Assembly: GCA_001724265.1 (NCBI GenBank)
Contig: MEDY01000138.1
Location: 1-64,000, forward strand
DNA from: Rhizaria sp. SCN 62-66
Taxonomy: Eukaryota
Direction: 5' to 3'
DNA length: 64,000 nt
In this document: positions 38,847-51,200 of the stretch, piece by piece
Position numbering within the stretch: the first letter of the stretch is position 1
Layout: every line of letters begins with the position of its first letter
The notes under the pieces: generated by a model
What the model saw: the letters and a program-made list of their open reading frames with translations, nothing else
What the model was told of the DNA's origin: nothing
The model's database searches: none
Translations under genes and position numbers: made by a program

Positions 38847-39987
38847 ATGCCCCATCCGCGCTAACAAGTCACTCGTACAAGCGTCAATGACAGCGTGCAT
38901 GCGTGACATATATCACGCGACGAGGCTGGTTATGAGTCTAGCGAGTGGACAGAACAACGCGCTGTCGCAGTAGCGAGCTTGCTTGCATCTAGCTTCAGTG
39001 CTTCGCCTTGTTCGTTCGCTTGCTGCCGATGCCGTGTGAAGACAGATTCGAGATAACCACAGGACTTGGCCGTTTGCCTACCCTGTCTACTCTCTATTTC
39101 TGTTGCAACTCACACGCATATGCGCATCATCTTTTACTCTCTCGTGTGCTGCCAACTCACAACGCGACACACTCTGGAGCACTCTGTTGGTTTCATCCCG
39201 TCTCAGGCGTCTCGTCTCGCTGGCTCTCCCGCCACAGACAAGGCGCCACAGCGACTCGAACTGACTAAAGGACTTTTACTCGCTCGCGCGTCTACTATCT
39301 AAATCAGTTTTCTTTTTCTCACCTTTTTGGGGCGACAACGGAGCGCGTTGCCGTCTTGCGATGCTCCTTGGTTCTCTTGTAGCCCAGGGCAAAGCGGACA
39401 GATATGCGTGCACCACTTCCCAAATACACTAAAACAGTACATCTCAATGAATTTTGCCTTAGATTCACTAAATCGGACTTTTTGTACATCATGTCACAAC
39501 AATCAGGGCGATTCGTGCGTGGACTCGCGTGAAGACATGCATTGTCAGTAAGATGATTCTAATGTTGTTGACGTTTTATTGTTGTTAGGAGAAGATATGA
39601 AAACTATAAAGGGTATAAAACGTTCATATAAAGGCATACTTTGACGTATTTGATCAAACAAACACAATTCACACGCAATATGCTCTTTTGATGAACGCGA
39701 TTCAAAATCGGGAACAAAACATGAACGCATGTGTCGCGAATATGCGATTAAACATCGCGACATTTCACAGAGACATTACTATCTACACACACATATCTAA
39801 GCTACTCAAAGTCAGAAGCTGCGGCCCTGAGATGATTTGACTATCTAACATTCATGGAGCAAAAGGCTCATCGTAACAAACGCGTATACGCATGATACAA
39901 CCTCCAAGCCTGGCTTCACGTATTTATCCCGCCCGAGCGACACAGACCAGGAACGTCCGCGGTTTGACTTAAGCGCTGGGCTCAAGC

Positions 39988-40642
39988 TCAATCGTCGCTG
40001 GACTCGAAGTCGGCGTTGGCGAGGCTGCGACCCACAAACACCGCCGGGCCCTGGCCGTTGCCGCCGCCGCTGTACGCGCCGTAGCCGCCGTCCCCGGCCC
40101 CCGCGCCGCCGCCGCCGATGCCGACGCCAACGATACCGTCGTCGCTGCTGGAGTCGTCGTCGCCGTGGCCCAACCCCGCGCCGGCGTGCGCGTGTGCGTT
40201 CGGGACCCCGTGGCCGCGGCCGTGGCTGTGCGCAGAGCCAGCGACGACGACGGACGAAACCCAGCCGTAGCCGTGCGCGCCGCCGAGCCGCGCGCGCCGG
40301 TCTGCCGTGGCTTGGGCTTCCTCCAGAGTCTGGTCCTTGCCGTCCAAGCACGAGCGCTCGAACTTCTGCGCCTGCGCCTGCACGCCCGTCTTGGCGCCAC
40401 CAGAGCTGCCGCTGCTGCTGTTGTTGTTGCGGTGGCTGCCGAGGAGCTCGGTCTCGGTCTCATCGAGGCCGCTGGGGGAGAGGAAACGAGGTTTGGCAAA
40501 AACAGGAAAATGTAAATGAGGTTAATGATCGACAATATAGCTTCAACAAACGGATATCTATCAATGAAGTAGTGGAATGTGTTGTGATCCAAAGATATTG
40601 CAGTCTGGTGATAAATAAGGCCTCCATCGTAGCGTCTAGGTG

Positions 40643-40677
<35 letters not shown>

Positions 40678-42000
40678 AATTGATTTGATTGTGCGCCTGT
40701 TTTGCTTCGCTTGGCGACATACCTGAGGTCGCTGTTGTTGTTGTAGCCGGCGGGGCGCGGGAGCGGCACCGAGGAGGCGGACCCGCCGTGGCCGTGCGCG
40801 CTGGCATTGCTGCGGCCGTGGGTCATGGTGCGGATCGTGGGGCGGTACACGCGTCGCCCGTGGGACAGAAGGATTACTCCCGTGACGGTGATGGTGACGC
40901 CCAGGAAGAAGAGGCACAGCTGAGGGATGTCCATCGTGGCGTACTCGCGGTAGAAAATCATGCCAGAAGTCACCGACAAAACGACCCAGAACGCCTGAGA
41001 TATTAGATAGATGTGACAAAACAACGGGAGGAAGTAGAAATGTTAGTGATAAGATAAAACGAGAGATATGAAGCATAAGATGCAAACACAAGTTATTGAA
41101 AATAAGATATCAGAGAAAATCAGTAGTAAGAAACAATGGACTCGATCACTATTACTTAGATTGCATATATGAAGGGCTAGAACGGACCTGGAAGACGGGG
41201 ACCTCGAAGGACGCGTCGAAGCGCAGGAGGCCGTCGTTGAGCCACTTGATTTGCAGCACGATACACGCAATCAGGGCCAAGATAATGAGGTAAGACTGCC
41301 AGCGGACCCAGAAGCGCGACTTAGGCGAGTGCACGGCGTCGACGATCATCTCGACGAGGCACTTTGCGAAGAGCACGGACTGCGCGCCGATGGTACCGGA
41401 GAGGGCGGGGTAGGCGAGGCGGTGCCAGGACTCCTTGCCGGGCGTGTAGCGAACGGGGTCGTTCTCGATCTTCTCGAAGTGGAGGATGGCAATAAAGACG
41501 ACGATCATGAACGCAATGACGGCGGCGGCGTAGACGAGGAACGCGGTGCGGTAGAAGGACGCGAAGAGCTGGTCCAGCTCGTGGACGCCGTTGTCGTGCG
41601 ACGCGAAGGCGACGGCGACGATGCAGCCAGAGACGATGGTGAGCGTGGCAATGATGTCGCGCATGGTGACGACCTCCTTGAGGATAATTGGCGACAGGAT
41701 GATGTTCGAGACGAGCGTCAGCGAGCCCAGCGGCGCGACGAGCGACTGTGGGGCGAAAGTCAGCGCGGCGAAGTCGGCGATGGCGCCGAAGACGATGAGC
41801 AACAGGCCCAGCCACCAGAGGGCGAACTTGTGGTAGCCCTCGCGCACGTTCGAGGCCTTGGACTGGTTGCGGAGGTGGAGCAGCTTCTGGAGGTTGAGGC
41901 CCAGGTTGGAGATGAAGCAGGACAGAGTGGCGAGGATGACTCCGAGGAACCAGAGGGAGCTCAGCGCGTCGCGCGAGTCCGCGCCCATGGTCATCGGCAT
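39988..42000 (-). CDS. NIPA-family magnesium transporter, ~522 aa; exons 42000-41188, 40994-40723, 40471-39988
   Basis: GLNLQK, WWLG, DFAALTFAPQSLVAPLGSL, SVLFAK, LNDGL..FD...VP, SGMIFYREY; multiple hydrophobic TM segments. Ends in TGA. Confidence 0.92.
40644..40690 (+). repeat. (TTGA)n tetranucleotide microsatellite in a NIPA intron
   Basis: ttgattgattgattgattgattgattgattgatt. Confidence 0.9.
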
Positions 42001-42765
42001 CGCGCGCGAATGCACTGAATCCGCAATGTAAAGATAGACACAAGCACGAAATTCCGTATTGTTGAGTTTTGAAGCGAAATGGCAAAGTGAGAGAGTGTGA
42101 CAGTGAAAGGAAACGGAGGCGGGTGGTTGAGAGCGAGAGGAGGCAAGAGGACGAAAACGGGACGAGATACAACGCAGGTTCAACTGCAGAAGCAAAAGCA
42201 CTAATAAAGCCACCACGTAAAATGCGTATCAAATAAGCCAGCACGCGTGCCAAACCGCTATTAAACTCGATATACTCCTGCTTTCGAGATGGCCAACAAG
42301 GAGGCTGTTCGACTCTATCTCAACCCTAGCCAAACGCCACAAATCTCGAGCAAGCTGCTCGACTGGCAGCCGTCACTTTTTGACCGTGGGTGGACTGAGC
42401 TGACGAGAGCAAGCACACACAGTCTCAAAATGCGACTCCAGGCATAGGCGTGCTGCGGCGTCGCTGTCCATACAGTGCGCATATGACTCACTTCTAGATA
42501 TTCATGTTTAGTTTCATTAACGATTTTTGAAATTATATTCCTCACATCGACTCCTATCCCTCCCGCCGCCCCCTGTTGCGCAGCCCCTCGCCGCCCGTTC
42601 GGCTCTCTTCTCGCGCTCTCCTCTCCGCGCCGCCCCGGCTCCTCCCCGTTCCTGCATCTTGCCAGGACACCTTCCTATCCTTTAACCCTAGCTTTAACGC
42701 CTTGTCCGTGCGCGCCGTGCCGTTTGCGCATGTCTCTCGCGTCGCACCGCTCTCTCGCGGGCGCA

Positions 42766-45700
42766 ATGCTCCGCACGAGCACCGCCGCCGCCACCGCCGC
42801 CGCCACCGCTGCTGCTATGGCAGGTGCAGCAACGGCCGTGAGCGCCAACACCTTGACAGCTACTGCGGTTAGCGGCAACGCCATCGTTTTCGGTCCGCTC
42901 CGCTCGCTCTCTTCCCAGTCCAAGCCTTCCGCTAACAACGCCAGCGGCAGCACCCATGATGCCGCCGCCGCCGCCGCGAGCGCGAGTGCTAACGCCGGCA
43001 CCGCCAAGAAGACTCGCTTTCGCTTTCCCTCGAAGACGGCGGACCCGGTGTTCGGCGTGTTCGAGAAGCCCGCACACGTGCCGCTGCCGCCCACCGCTGC
43101 CGAGACCGAGGCCAAGGCCGCCGCGCGCGCCGCCGCGCTCGACACGAGGCCGCGCATCTCGCCCTTCTCGGCGTCGCTGCTCGCGTTGGCGACGGAGGAC
43201 CCGCTGTTGGGATTGGCCGGCACTGCGGGCGAGGCCACCGCCAACAACAACAACAACAATAACAGCAGCGCACGCTTTGTCAGTGTGCCCGCTTCTTCTG
43301 CTTCCGCTTCTACAGCAAGCGCGAGTGCGAGTGGTAGTTTGACTAAGGAGCAGCGGCAGGCCGAGCTGGAGGCCATGCAGATCGCGCCGGACTGGGACGT
43401 TCCCGACAACGTCAACGCCAGCGCGACTCCTTCCACCACGAGCCTCGCCAGTCAGACTACTAACTCCGCTGCCACTGCGACTGCGGGTGGCCAGAAGGAC
43501 ACCTTGCTGGGCGCATACAAGCCCAACGGCGACGTTGCCGCGACCGCGACTGCCGCCGCTGCCGCGCTGCCGTACATCGCGAACCTGCCCGCGGACGTCG
43601 CGGCGCTGCGGGCGCGGGCCGCGCGCGGCGAGCTGCTGAGCCGCGCAGAGGTGACGCGCCTCAGCCCCTTCGTGCCCGGTATGTTGGACCTTGAATAGAC
43701 GCGACGTACCAGTTTTCAGGAATAATAATGCGATTTTAGAGCAATATCTATGGTTTCCTCACGTTTCTCTCACTTTTTCAACTTCTCTGACCTTTATCTA
43801 CCTACTGTATTCCCACCTCCGTTGTTATTCTCTTGATGTTTAACTCTCGCGCACACTCACTCCCGCAGGCTCCGAGGTGCCGCTGCCGCGCGAGCTGCTC
43901 GAGGGCGAGGGCGCGCTGGCCCACCTCTCGCGCGAGGACATCGCCGCCGCCGAGGCCGCCGCCAAGGACGTGGCCAAGATGGCCTTCTTCGAGGTGCACG
44001 CCCGTCAACCTTTCGACACGGTCAGCAAGGTCGTTAAGGCGCGACAGGTACGTCGTCTTTAGCTTTATACATTGCGCCAAATCAGGGCACACAACTTTAA
44101 GACAATTATTACGTTAGAGGTCACATTTAACGCTCTTCTCTCGCTTTCAACTCACCATCAATCCCTCCTTTAATATTTGTTGCTTTCTTTCTACTGCTTC
44201 TGCCTGACCGCTTGCGCTTATTCAGGAGGACCTGCCGCTGGACAAAGAGGCCTTTTTCCGCGCCCTCGGCATGGCGGGACGCCCCACAGCCAAGGGCTAC
44301 CACCGTTACCTCCGCCTGCAGGCTGCCCACGGCTCCCCCGGGCGCGCGCTCGAGGCGCTCAACGATATGAAGCGCAACGTACGTCGGGACTCAACACGAG
44401 ATATCTCGGCGACCTAAAATATTATTCAAGCGAGATTCGATATTCCGATGTGTTTTGTCATAGTTTAACAGCATGTATTGTTGTTGTTTTTTCTCAGACC
44501 TCACATATACCCCCCATTCCCGCGTTTTATACAAGCACAGGGCATGACGCTGACGCTGCACACCTACACCGACGCCATCGCGGCGTGCGCGCGCCCGCTG
44601 GCGGGTCCCGAGGAGGAGGCCGAGGTGCTGCAGCACATGCGGCTGAACCCACCCAACGTCGCCGCCGCCGTGCGGTACCCGCCCCCGCCCGTCGAGTCGG
44701 CGCGCTTCGCGTCCCTGGCGCCGCTGCCGCCCTCGCCGACGCAGCCCCCGCGCGGCGCGCCCGCGGGTGCCACAGTCGCGAGTACCGCCCCCACGGGTAC
44801 CGGCGCCATGAGTACCACGGGTAGTCTGGCCGTCGCTGTTGCGAGTGCCGGCGCCGAGGCGGTGCTGCCGTTGCTCTCAGTGGCTCCGCAGTTCGCGTCG
44901 TACGGAACTCCTGGGACCCGCGGCGCGTACGCCCCCGCCGTGGAGCTGGCCTTCTACCTCTTCGAGGAGGCGCGGTCCGCTGGTCTGGCGCCGGACCGCG
45001 TGGCGTACACGGCGCTGATGGGGGCGTGCGGCGCGCACAGGCAGGTGGAGCGCGCGCTGAGCGTGTTTGAGCTGTTCCGGCAGCACGGCGCCAGCGGCGT
45101 GCTCGTGCCCAACAACCCCGCGTCCAAGCAGCAGCAGCAACAGCAGCTGCAACAGCAACAGCAGGAGAGCCAGAACCAGGATGCGAGCTCTCACGTCGCA
45201 ACTACCGCCGCGAACGCATGCGCAAGTGTCTCCTCCGAGATCACTGCCACCAACGACGTGCACAGTGCGAGCGTGATCGGCATCGCGGACCGCAGCGCGG
45301 CGCATTCGGCCACGTCGGTGCTGACACACGGTGTGGACCGCGGGTACCAGCCCAACGCGCGCACTGTTGCCCTGAGCGAGGCCGCGGCGGGGGACCGAGT
45401 GCGCGGAATGGAGGTGGACCGCATCGTGGTGATGAAGCTCATGCAGAGCTGTTGGAAGGCCCACCAGTACGAGCTGGCAGAGGACCTCATGCACGACATG
45501 TGGATGGAGGAGGGCGTGCAGCCGGACGCGCCCATGTACAACCTCATGATCCGCATCGCCGCCGAGACAGCGCAGGTACGTCATACTTTTACGACAAAAC
45601 AAAAGCAAAACAAACGCAATATGATATCGACCGTCTTTATAGTTCACTTTCGTTGAGCACTAAGATCGTCATTAAACATTTCAAACTTAAAAGAATTCAT

Positions 45701-47581
45701 ACTAAATGCATTTAATATTGATGTAATTTTTTTTCTCACCAATGTGTGATATACCCTCCCTAATCTCGAACTGTAGGTCGAGAAGGCGTTCATGTACTTT
45801 GAGCAGCTGCAACACTTCGGCTTCACCCCTTCTCTGGTGACGTACACGGCGCTGATCCACGCGTGCATCCAGCCGCAGCGGCCCGAGTTCTACGCCAAGG
45901 CCTTCGAGGTCTTCCGCGAGTGCGTCAACCAAGGCTTCCACCCCAACATCCAGATGTACAACACTCTGCTGCACGCGTGCGCCGAGCAGGTCGACCTCAA
46001 CAACGGGCTGCTCGTGTGGCGCTCGCTGTCGACGCACCACGCGCACCTGCGCGACTCGGCCGTGTTCGAGACGATGATGCGCCTCATCCGCAAGACGATG
46101 CACTCGCCGCGGCTGCCGGGACACGGTGGCGCAGTCACCGTCACTGGTACGCATTGCGATTGATATCATGCTCGAAAGTTTCATTATGCTATCGATAGAG
46201 TCAAATCGGAGACACACTGTTACTTTATAGGGTTTATTATTAAATATTTCCATGTTTCATCACTTGTTATTTATTTATTCACAACACAGCTCACTTTATC
46301 ATTATACTTCAACTCTTTCGCTTTGTTATATCCCTGCCCAGGCTCTGCGTCGCTGTACGCGCCGCCGCCGGACCAGCTGGCCAAGGACGCGGCGTTGGGG
46401 CTGGCGGACGCCACGGGCACCTTCGAGCTCTCGCGCGAGAACCGCATTCGCATGGCCGAGGCTCTATACGCCGAGGCGAAGCTGCTCGCCGCGGGTGCGG
46501 AATCGCAGGGCGGGCGCAACTCGGCCGGCGTAGGCGTCGTGCAGCTGCGGCAGCGCCTGTTCGACGAGCTGGTGGGCGTGTACGCGCACGCCATGGTCGG
46601 CGTCACCATGTATGAGCGACAGGTATGTATGCGCTTGCCTTCATGTTTGCTCATCCAGAACAAAACGTGGTTTGCTAAGCTTTGTTAATTTGAGCTGTAT
46701 TTAGCTAATAATGTTCATATTACTCACCTAAACTCTTGTACTATATCCTCTATCGCAACTGTGCTCTCTCTGATGGCATTACAGGAGGAAGAGGAGGGCC
46801 GCGGCGACTCCGACCTGCCGATCACGGTCGAGGTTCTCACCGCGATGGTCGACCGCACGTGGCAGCGCGTCAAGCAGCTCAAGGAGCTCCACCCGGACTC
46901 GTTCACGCTGTCTGAGTTTAGTTACTCCTTCATCATCGACATGTACGGCGCGTCGCAGCGCATGTCGCAGGCGTGGGGGCACTTCAACCACATGATCCAA
47001 GACCTCCACATCCGCCCCACCTACACTGTCTTCAACCAGCTCCTCCACTGGGCCAGGTACGCGCGAGTATCATAACCTCTATAACAATCTAATCATAACA
47101 GTACACAGTGATCGACTGAGATAGTTTGGACTCAAATAGTCACACATACTGTGATCTTGCATTTTTCTTCACTTTTTCTTTATTACTTGCTCTTGTTTGC
47201 TCATATTTGCCTTGGTTTGCTCTTTTTTGTTTTGCTTTTTCCTTTCCCAGGGTAAACCGCAACCTGGACGCGGGTCTGCGGTGCATCCGCGAGATGGCTC
47301 GCTGCGGCAAGCCCGCCAAGCGCGAGGACGTGCTCTTCTTCCGCGCGATGCAGCGCGCCGTGGAGACGCCGATCCTGGGCAACACGTTCCCGCGCCAGGT
47401 GATCGACTACACCAACACGGACGAGCGTGAGCAGCAGTTCATGAACAGGCCGAAGCTGGAGCGCGAGAACAAGCGCGAGCGCGGGCGTAACGACCGCGGC
47501 GACCGCCGGCACGGCGAGGCGGGCTTCCAGAAGAGGGCGATGCACCCCAACGACTACCAGTCCTCGTACAAGGAGTGGTAA
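42766..47581 (+). CDS. Pentatricopeptide-repeat protein, probably mitochondrial, ~1177 aa; exons 42766-43678, 43869-44047, 44226-44378, 44541-45575, 45777-46146, 46342-46622, 46785-47056, 47251-47581 (alternative ATG at 42730)
   Basis: PPR repeats GLAPDRVAYTALMGACG, GVQPDAPMYNLMI, GFTPSLVTYTALIHAC, GFHPNIQMYNTLLHACA. Presequence-like N-terminus. Seven frame-consistent introns. Ends in TAA. Confidence 0.88.
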
Positions 47582-48221
47582 GCGCAGCAAGTGTGTCGTG
47601 TTTTTTTTTGCGCTGTTCGACTGGGCAGGCGAGTGACTGTGAAAACTCGGCTGCGAACTTGCAAACAAATTGAAAAACAGAGTCTGCTGAAGTTGAGGAT
47701 ATGAAAGAAGAAATGTATTTATTTTAATTTATTATTATGATGAGATGTTGTAAACTTACGCTGTTAAAGAGCGTTATGTCTATGTAGGTAATGATAGTGT
47801 AGCATGCACGCTTAGTGTTTGACGAACAACTTTTGATGATGCATACAGTAAATCGATTGCCAAATTAAAGCACGTAATTAAGTTTGCTCGTGTCATTATG
47901 TTTGCAGATGCATTTATATCTTCTTCAATTCCGTTTGAGTATCGTGCGTGGAGCTCTCCGCTCGATTTTCAAGTTGTATAAATGTGTATGTTGTGAAATC
48001 CTGATCATTCTAATGAAATCAGATAGATTCTAGAATTATAGTGAATATATATGTAACGTTATCATAGTTTTAGTCATAGTCTTTGCGTTATTATTCTAAT
48101 TGTAGTTATATCGTCGTCATATAAGCACGTCATGCAGTTGGTCACACAAGCAGCCAAACGGCATTGATTCTGTGCGATATGAGCAAGCAGTGTTTTGTGT
48201 TGCTTGTCGTCTTCGTATTTT

Positions 48222-51200
48222 TCACCACTCCTGCTGCTCCTCTTCATCCCCGTCACCAGTCGACTCGCCGTGGTTGTTGTTGTGCGCCACCGACGGCACC
48301 GGCAGGTCCACGTCGTCAATCCCGCTCGCGCCAGTACTCGCGGGGTGACTCTCGGGGTGACTCGCGGCGGGGCGGTCCCGGGGCGTGTTGCCGTTGCGCG
48401 GGGTCGGCGGGCCAGGGGCGAAAATGACAGACTCGTCCGACAGCCCCAGCGGCAGCCCGAGGCCCACGTCGGCCGCGGTGACAGAGCCCGCGCTGGTGAG
48501 GTCTACGACGTCGCCGACCGCACCCGCGCCGTTATCGCCGCCGCCGCTGTGGTGCTGCCCGTGGGGGTGGTGCTGAAGGCCAGCGTGACTGGCGCTGTCG
48601 TGGCCGTGGCCGTGGGCAGACGCGGTCTTGTTTCTCCCACTTGCAGCGCTGCTGCTGTTGGCGGTGTGGCCGTTAGCCTGGCCGTGCGACAGCGGCTGCC
48701 CGGAGTGGGCCGCGAACGGCGACAGTCCGCTCGGCGGCGGCGCAGGCCTGCGCACCGGGCTCGTGTTCGCGACGGCGGTGCCAGCAGCGGGCCTGATGTT
48801 GTTGTTGTTCGCAGCAGGGGCAGCAGCGGCGGCGGCGGCGGCGGCGGCGCGGGAGGCCTTGGCGCGTTCTGCCAAGCGGGCCGTGACGGCGGCGGCGGCG
48901 CGGCTGGGCGTTGCGCTCGCGCTCGCGGTGCCGCTAGAGCCGGCTCCGGCCGCAGCGCCTCCCGCGTTGTTACTATGGGAGATGAAGGAGCGGCGGCGGG
49001 CGGGGGTGGTGTTGGCGGACACGCTGCCAGCGCCAGCGCCAGTCGCCGCACCTGCACTGGTGGCAACAGCACCGGCAGCGGATGGCTGACTCGTGGCATT
49101 GTGACTGTCGTTCGCGGCGGCGGCCGCGGCGGGGGCTCTAGCGTTGTTAGAAACCTTTCTAGGGCTCGCGTACGCGTTGTTGTGGCCGTTGCCGTTGCCG
49201 CCGGCGTAGTTGTGCGAGCTGCTGGCCATACTGAGCGCGCGGGGGGTGATGGCCATGTTGAAGTCGTCGCTGGAGAGCGCGTCGTCGAACAAATCGTCCG
49301 CGCCGACCACGCTGTCGCCACTCGGGGGGTTGTTGTTGTTGGCATTGCTCGCGGCAGCAGCAGGGGCGCTGGCGTCCTTCTCAGCAGCAGCAGCAGCAGC
49401 AGCAGGGTGGCCATGTGCGGCGTCTGTCACAACAGTTGTATTGGTCGATGCGACCGACGACGACGGAGACAGCACGACCGTGAGCGCATACTGACCACCA
49501 GCAGCAGCAGCGCTTGCGTTGTTGTTGTTGATGTTGTGGATAAGCGAGGGCACTGGAAGCTCAGTCACGACGTCGCCCTCCTCCGCGTCAATACCACCGG
49601 CACCGCGACCGCTCGCAGCACTCACGGCGCTCACACTCGCCGTGCTCGCGTGGCTACTGCCGCCGCCGCCGTTGGAATTCGCGCTGTTGCTGTGACGGTT
49701 GGTGCTGTTGGCGAGGGGCGTGACGGTGCGCGAGTACGCTGGGGGTGCGCCAGAGCAGTCCCGCGGCGACCCGAAGCGACTGCTGTTACTCGCAGTACTG
49801 GCGTTCAGGTCGTGCTCTGTCGACGCCGCGACCGCGTTCAGCGTCAGCGCGTCGCTGCCGCCACTGCCGGTACCGGCGACGGAGGCGCTGCTGAGGGCCT
49901 TGCTGCAGACAGCCGTGCTGATGCTGGTCGCGGGGGCGGCCACGATCTCATCGTCGTCGTCGTCACCGTGATACTCGCCGAACGGCGACAGCTTCGCGTG
50001 GCGCGGGCTCTCAATGGCGGGGCACAGGCCGGCGCCGCTGCCGCTGTCGACGTCGACGTCGACGAGGCTGTGCTCAGCAAACGACAGACTAGCCAACTGC
50101 GACTGCGGCTGCAAGTGCGCGTGCGAGTGCGAGGCGTTGGCAAACGCGGCGGCAGCGACGGGGGTGAGAGTCGGAGCGACGATCTCGTCACAGTCATCGT
50201 CGTCGTCGTCGGCAACGGCGGGCGCGGCCGCGTTGAGCGCGTGCACCTCGACGGTGGGGCTAGCAGTGACAACAACAGCAGCAGCAGCAGAGGCTGGGAC
50301 AGGAGTGCTCGCAGTGGCCGCAGGCTTCGGCTTAGCTGCAGCGGCGACGCCAGGGGAGCCAAACGAGTACCGAGTCTTCGCATTCGCACCGGCACCGGCA
50401 GCAGCGCCCGCGCCCGCCTTCGTACTATGGGCAGGGCTCGCCATAATGCTCCCCGTGCTCTGGCGGCTTAACTTCTTCGCCCCCGCCGCCGCGGCCGCGG
50501 GCGACACGAGTCCGGTGCTGCTCAGAGTGGTGCGCGTCGAGGGGGACGCTGGGGGCAGCCCGGTCATCGTGGTGCGCCGCGACAGCTTGCTGCCGCTGCC
50601 GGGGCCCGTATTGGCGACGGCGTTGGAGGGCGACGTGAGGCTGCCCTTGACGCGCACCGACGGCGACGGCGACGGCGACATGGCACTGACGGCGCCCGCG
50701 TTAGCGCTGCTGCTGCTGCTACCACCGCCCGCGGCGGCGGCGGCCTTTTTGGCCTGCTTGAGTTTGTATTCGCGCAGGCGCTGGCGTGCAGCGTCAGAGG
50801 CCGACAAGCCCGCGCCTGCGCCGGCGGCCGCGGTCGTCGTCGGAGTCGGCGGCGGCTGAAGCAGCAACGCCGTGCCCGCCACGTTGGCCTCACCGGCGGC
50901 GCTGGCATTGGCGGCGTTGTTTGTGACTGAGGAGCGGCGCGAGCGCGGTAGCGATGACGACATCAGCGGCGTCGCAGCATTGGCAGTCGCGGTGGGCGAG
51001 GGCGCCGTAACCGCGAGTGTGATTGAGGGCGAAGTCAGCGAGGCGGACGTGCGCGACTGCGCGGGCTTCGGAGGAGGCGTCATGAACGGAGAGTCCGCCG
51101 TGGCGGGGGATGAGGGCGCAAGATATGGAGAGGGCGGCGCTGGCGGAGGGATCAGAGACGCCTTCGTCTGCGCTGCTGTCGCTGGGGCCGCAACGGGCAG

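Noticed and set aside
38850-39560. Short ORFs or a possible ncRNA downstream of ATP epsilon
   Set aside because: No coding bias, snoRNA boxes or stable structure that I could support; probably 3' UTR and spacer.
42280-42325. B-box-like GTTCGACTC suggesting a tRNA
   Set aside because: No T-stem pairing or cloverleaf can be formed.
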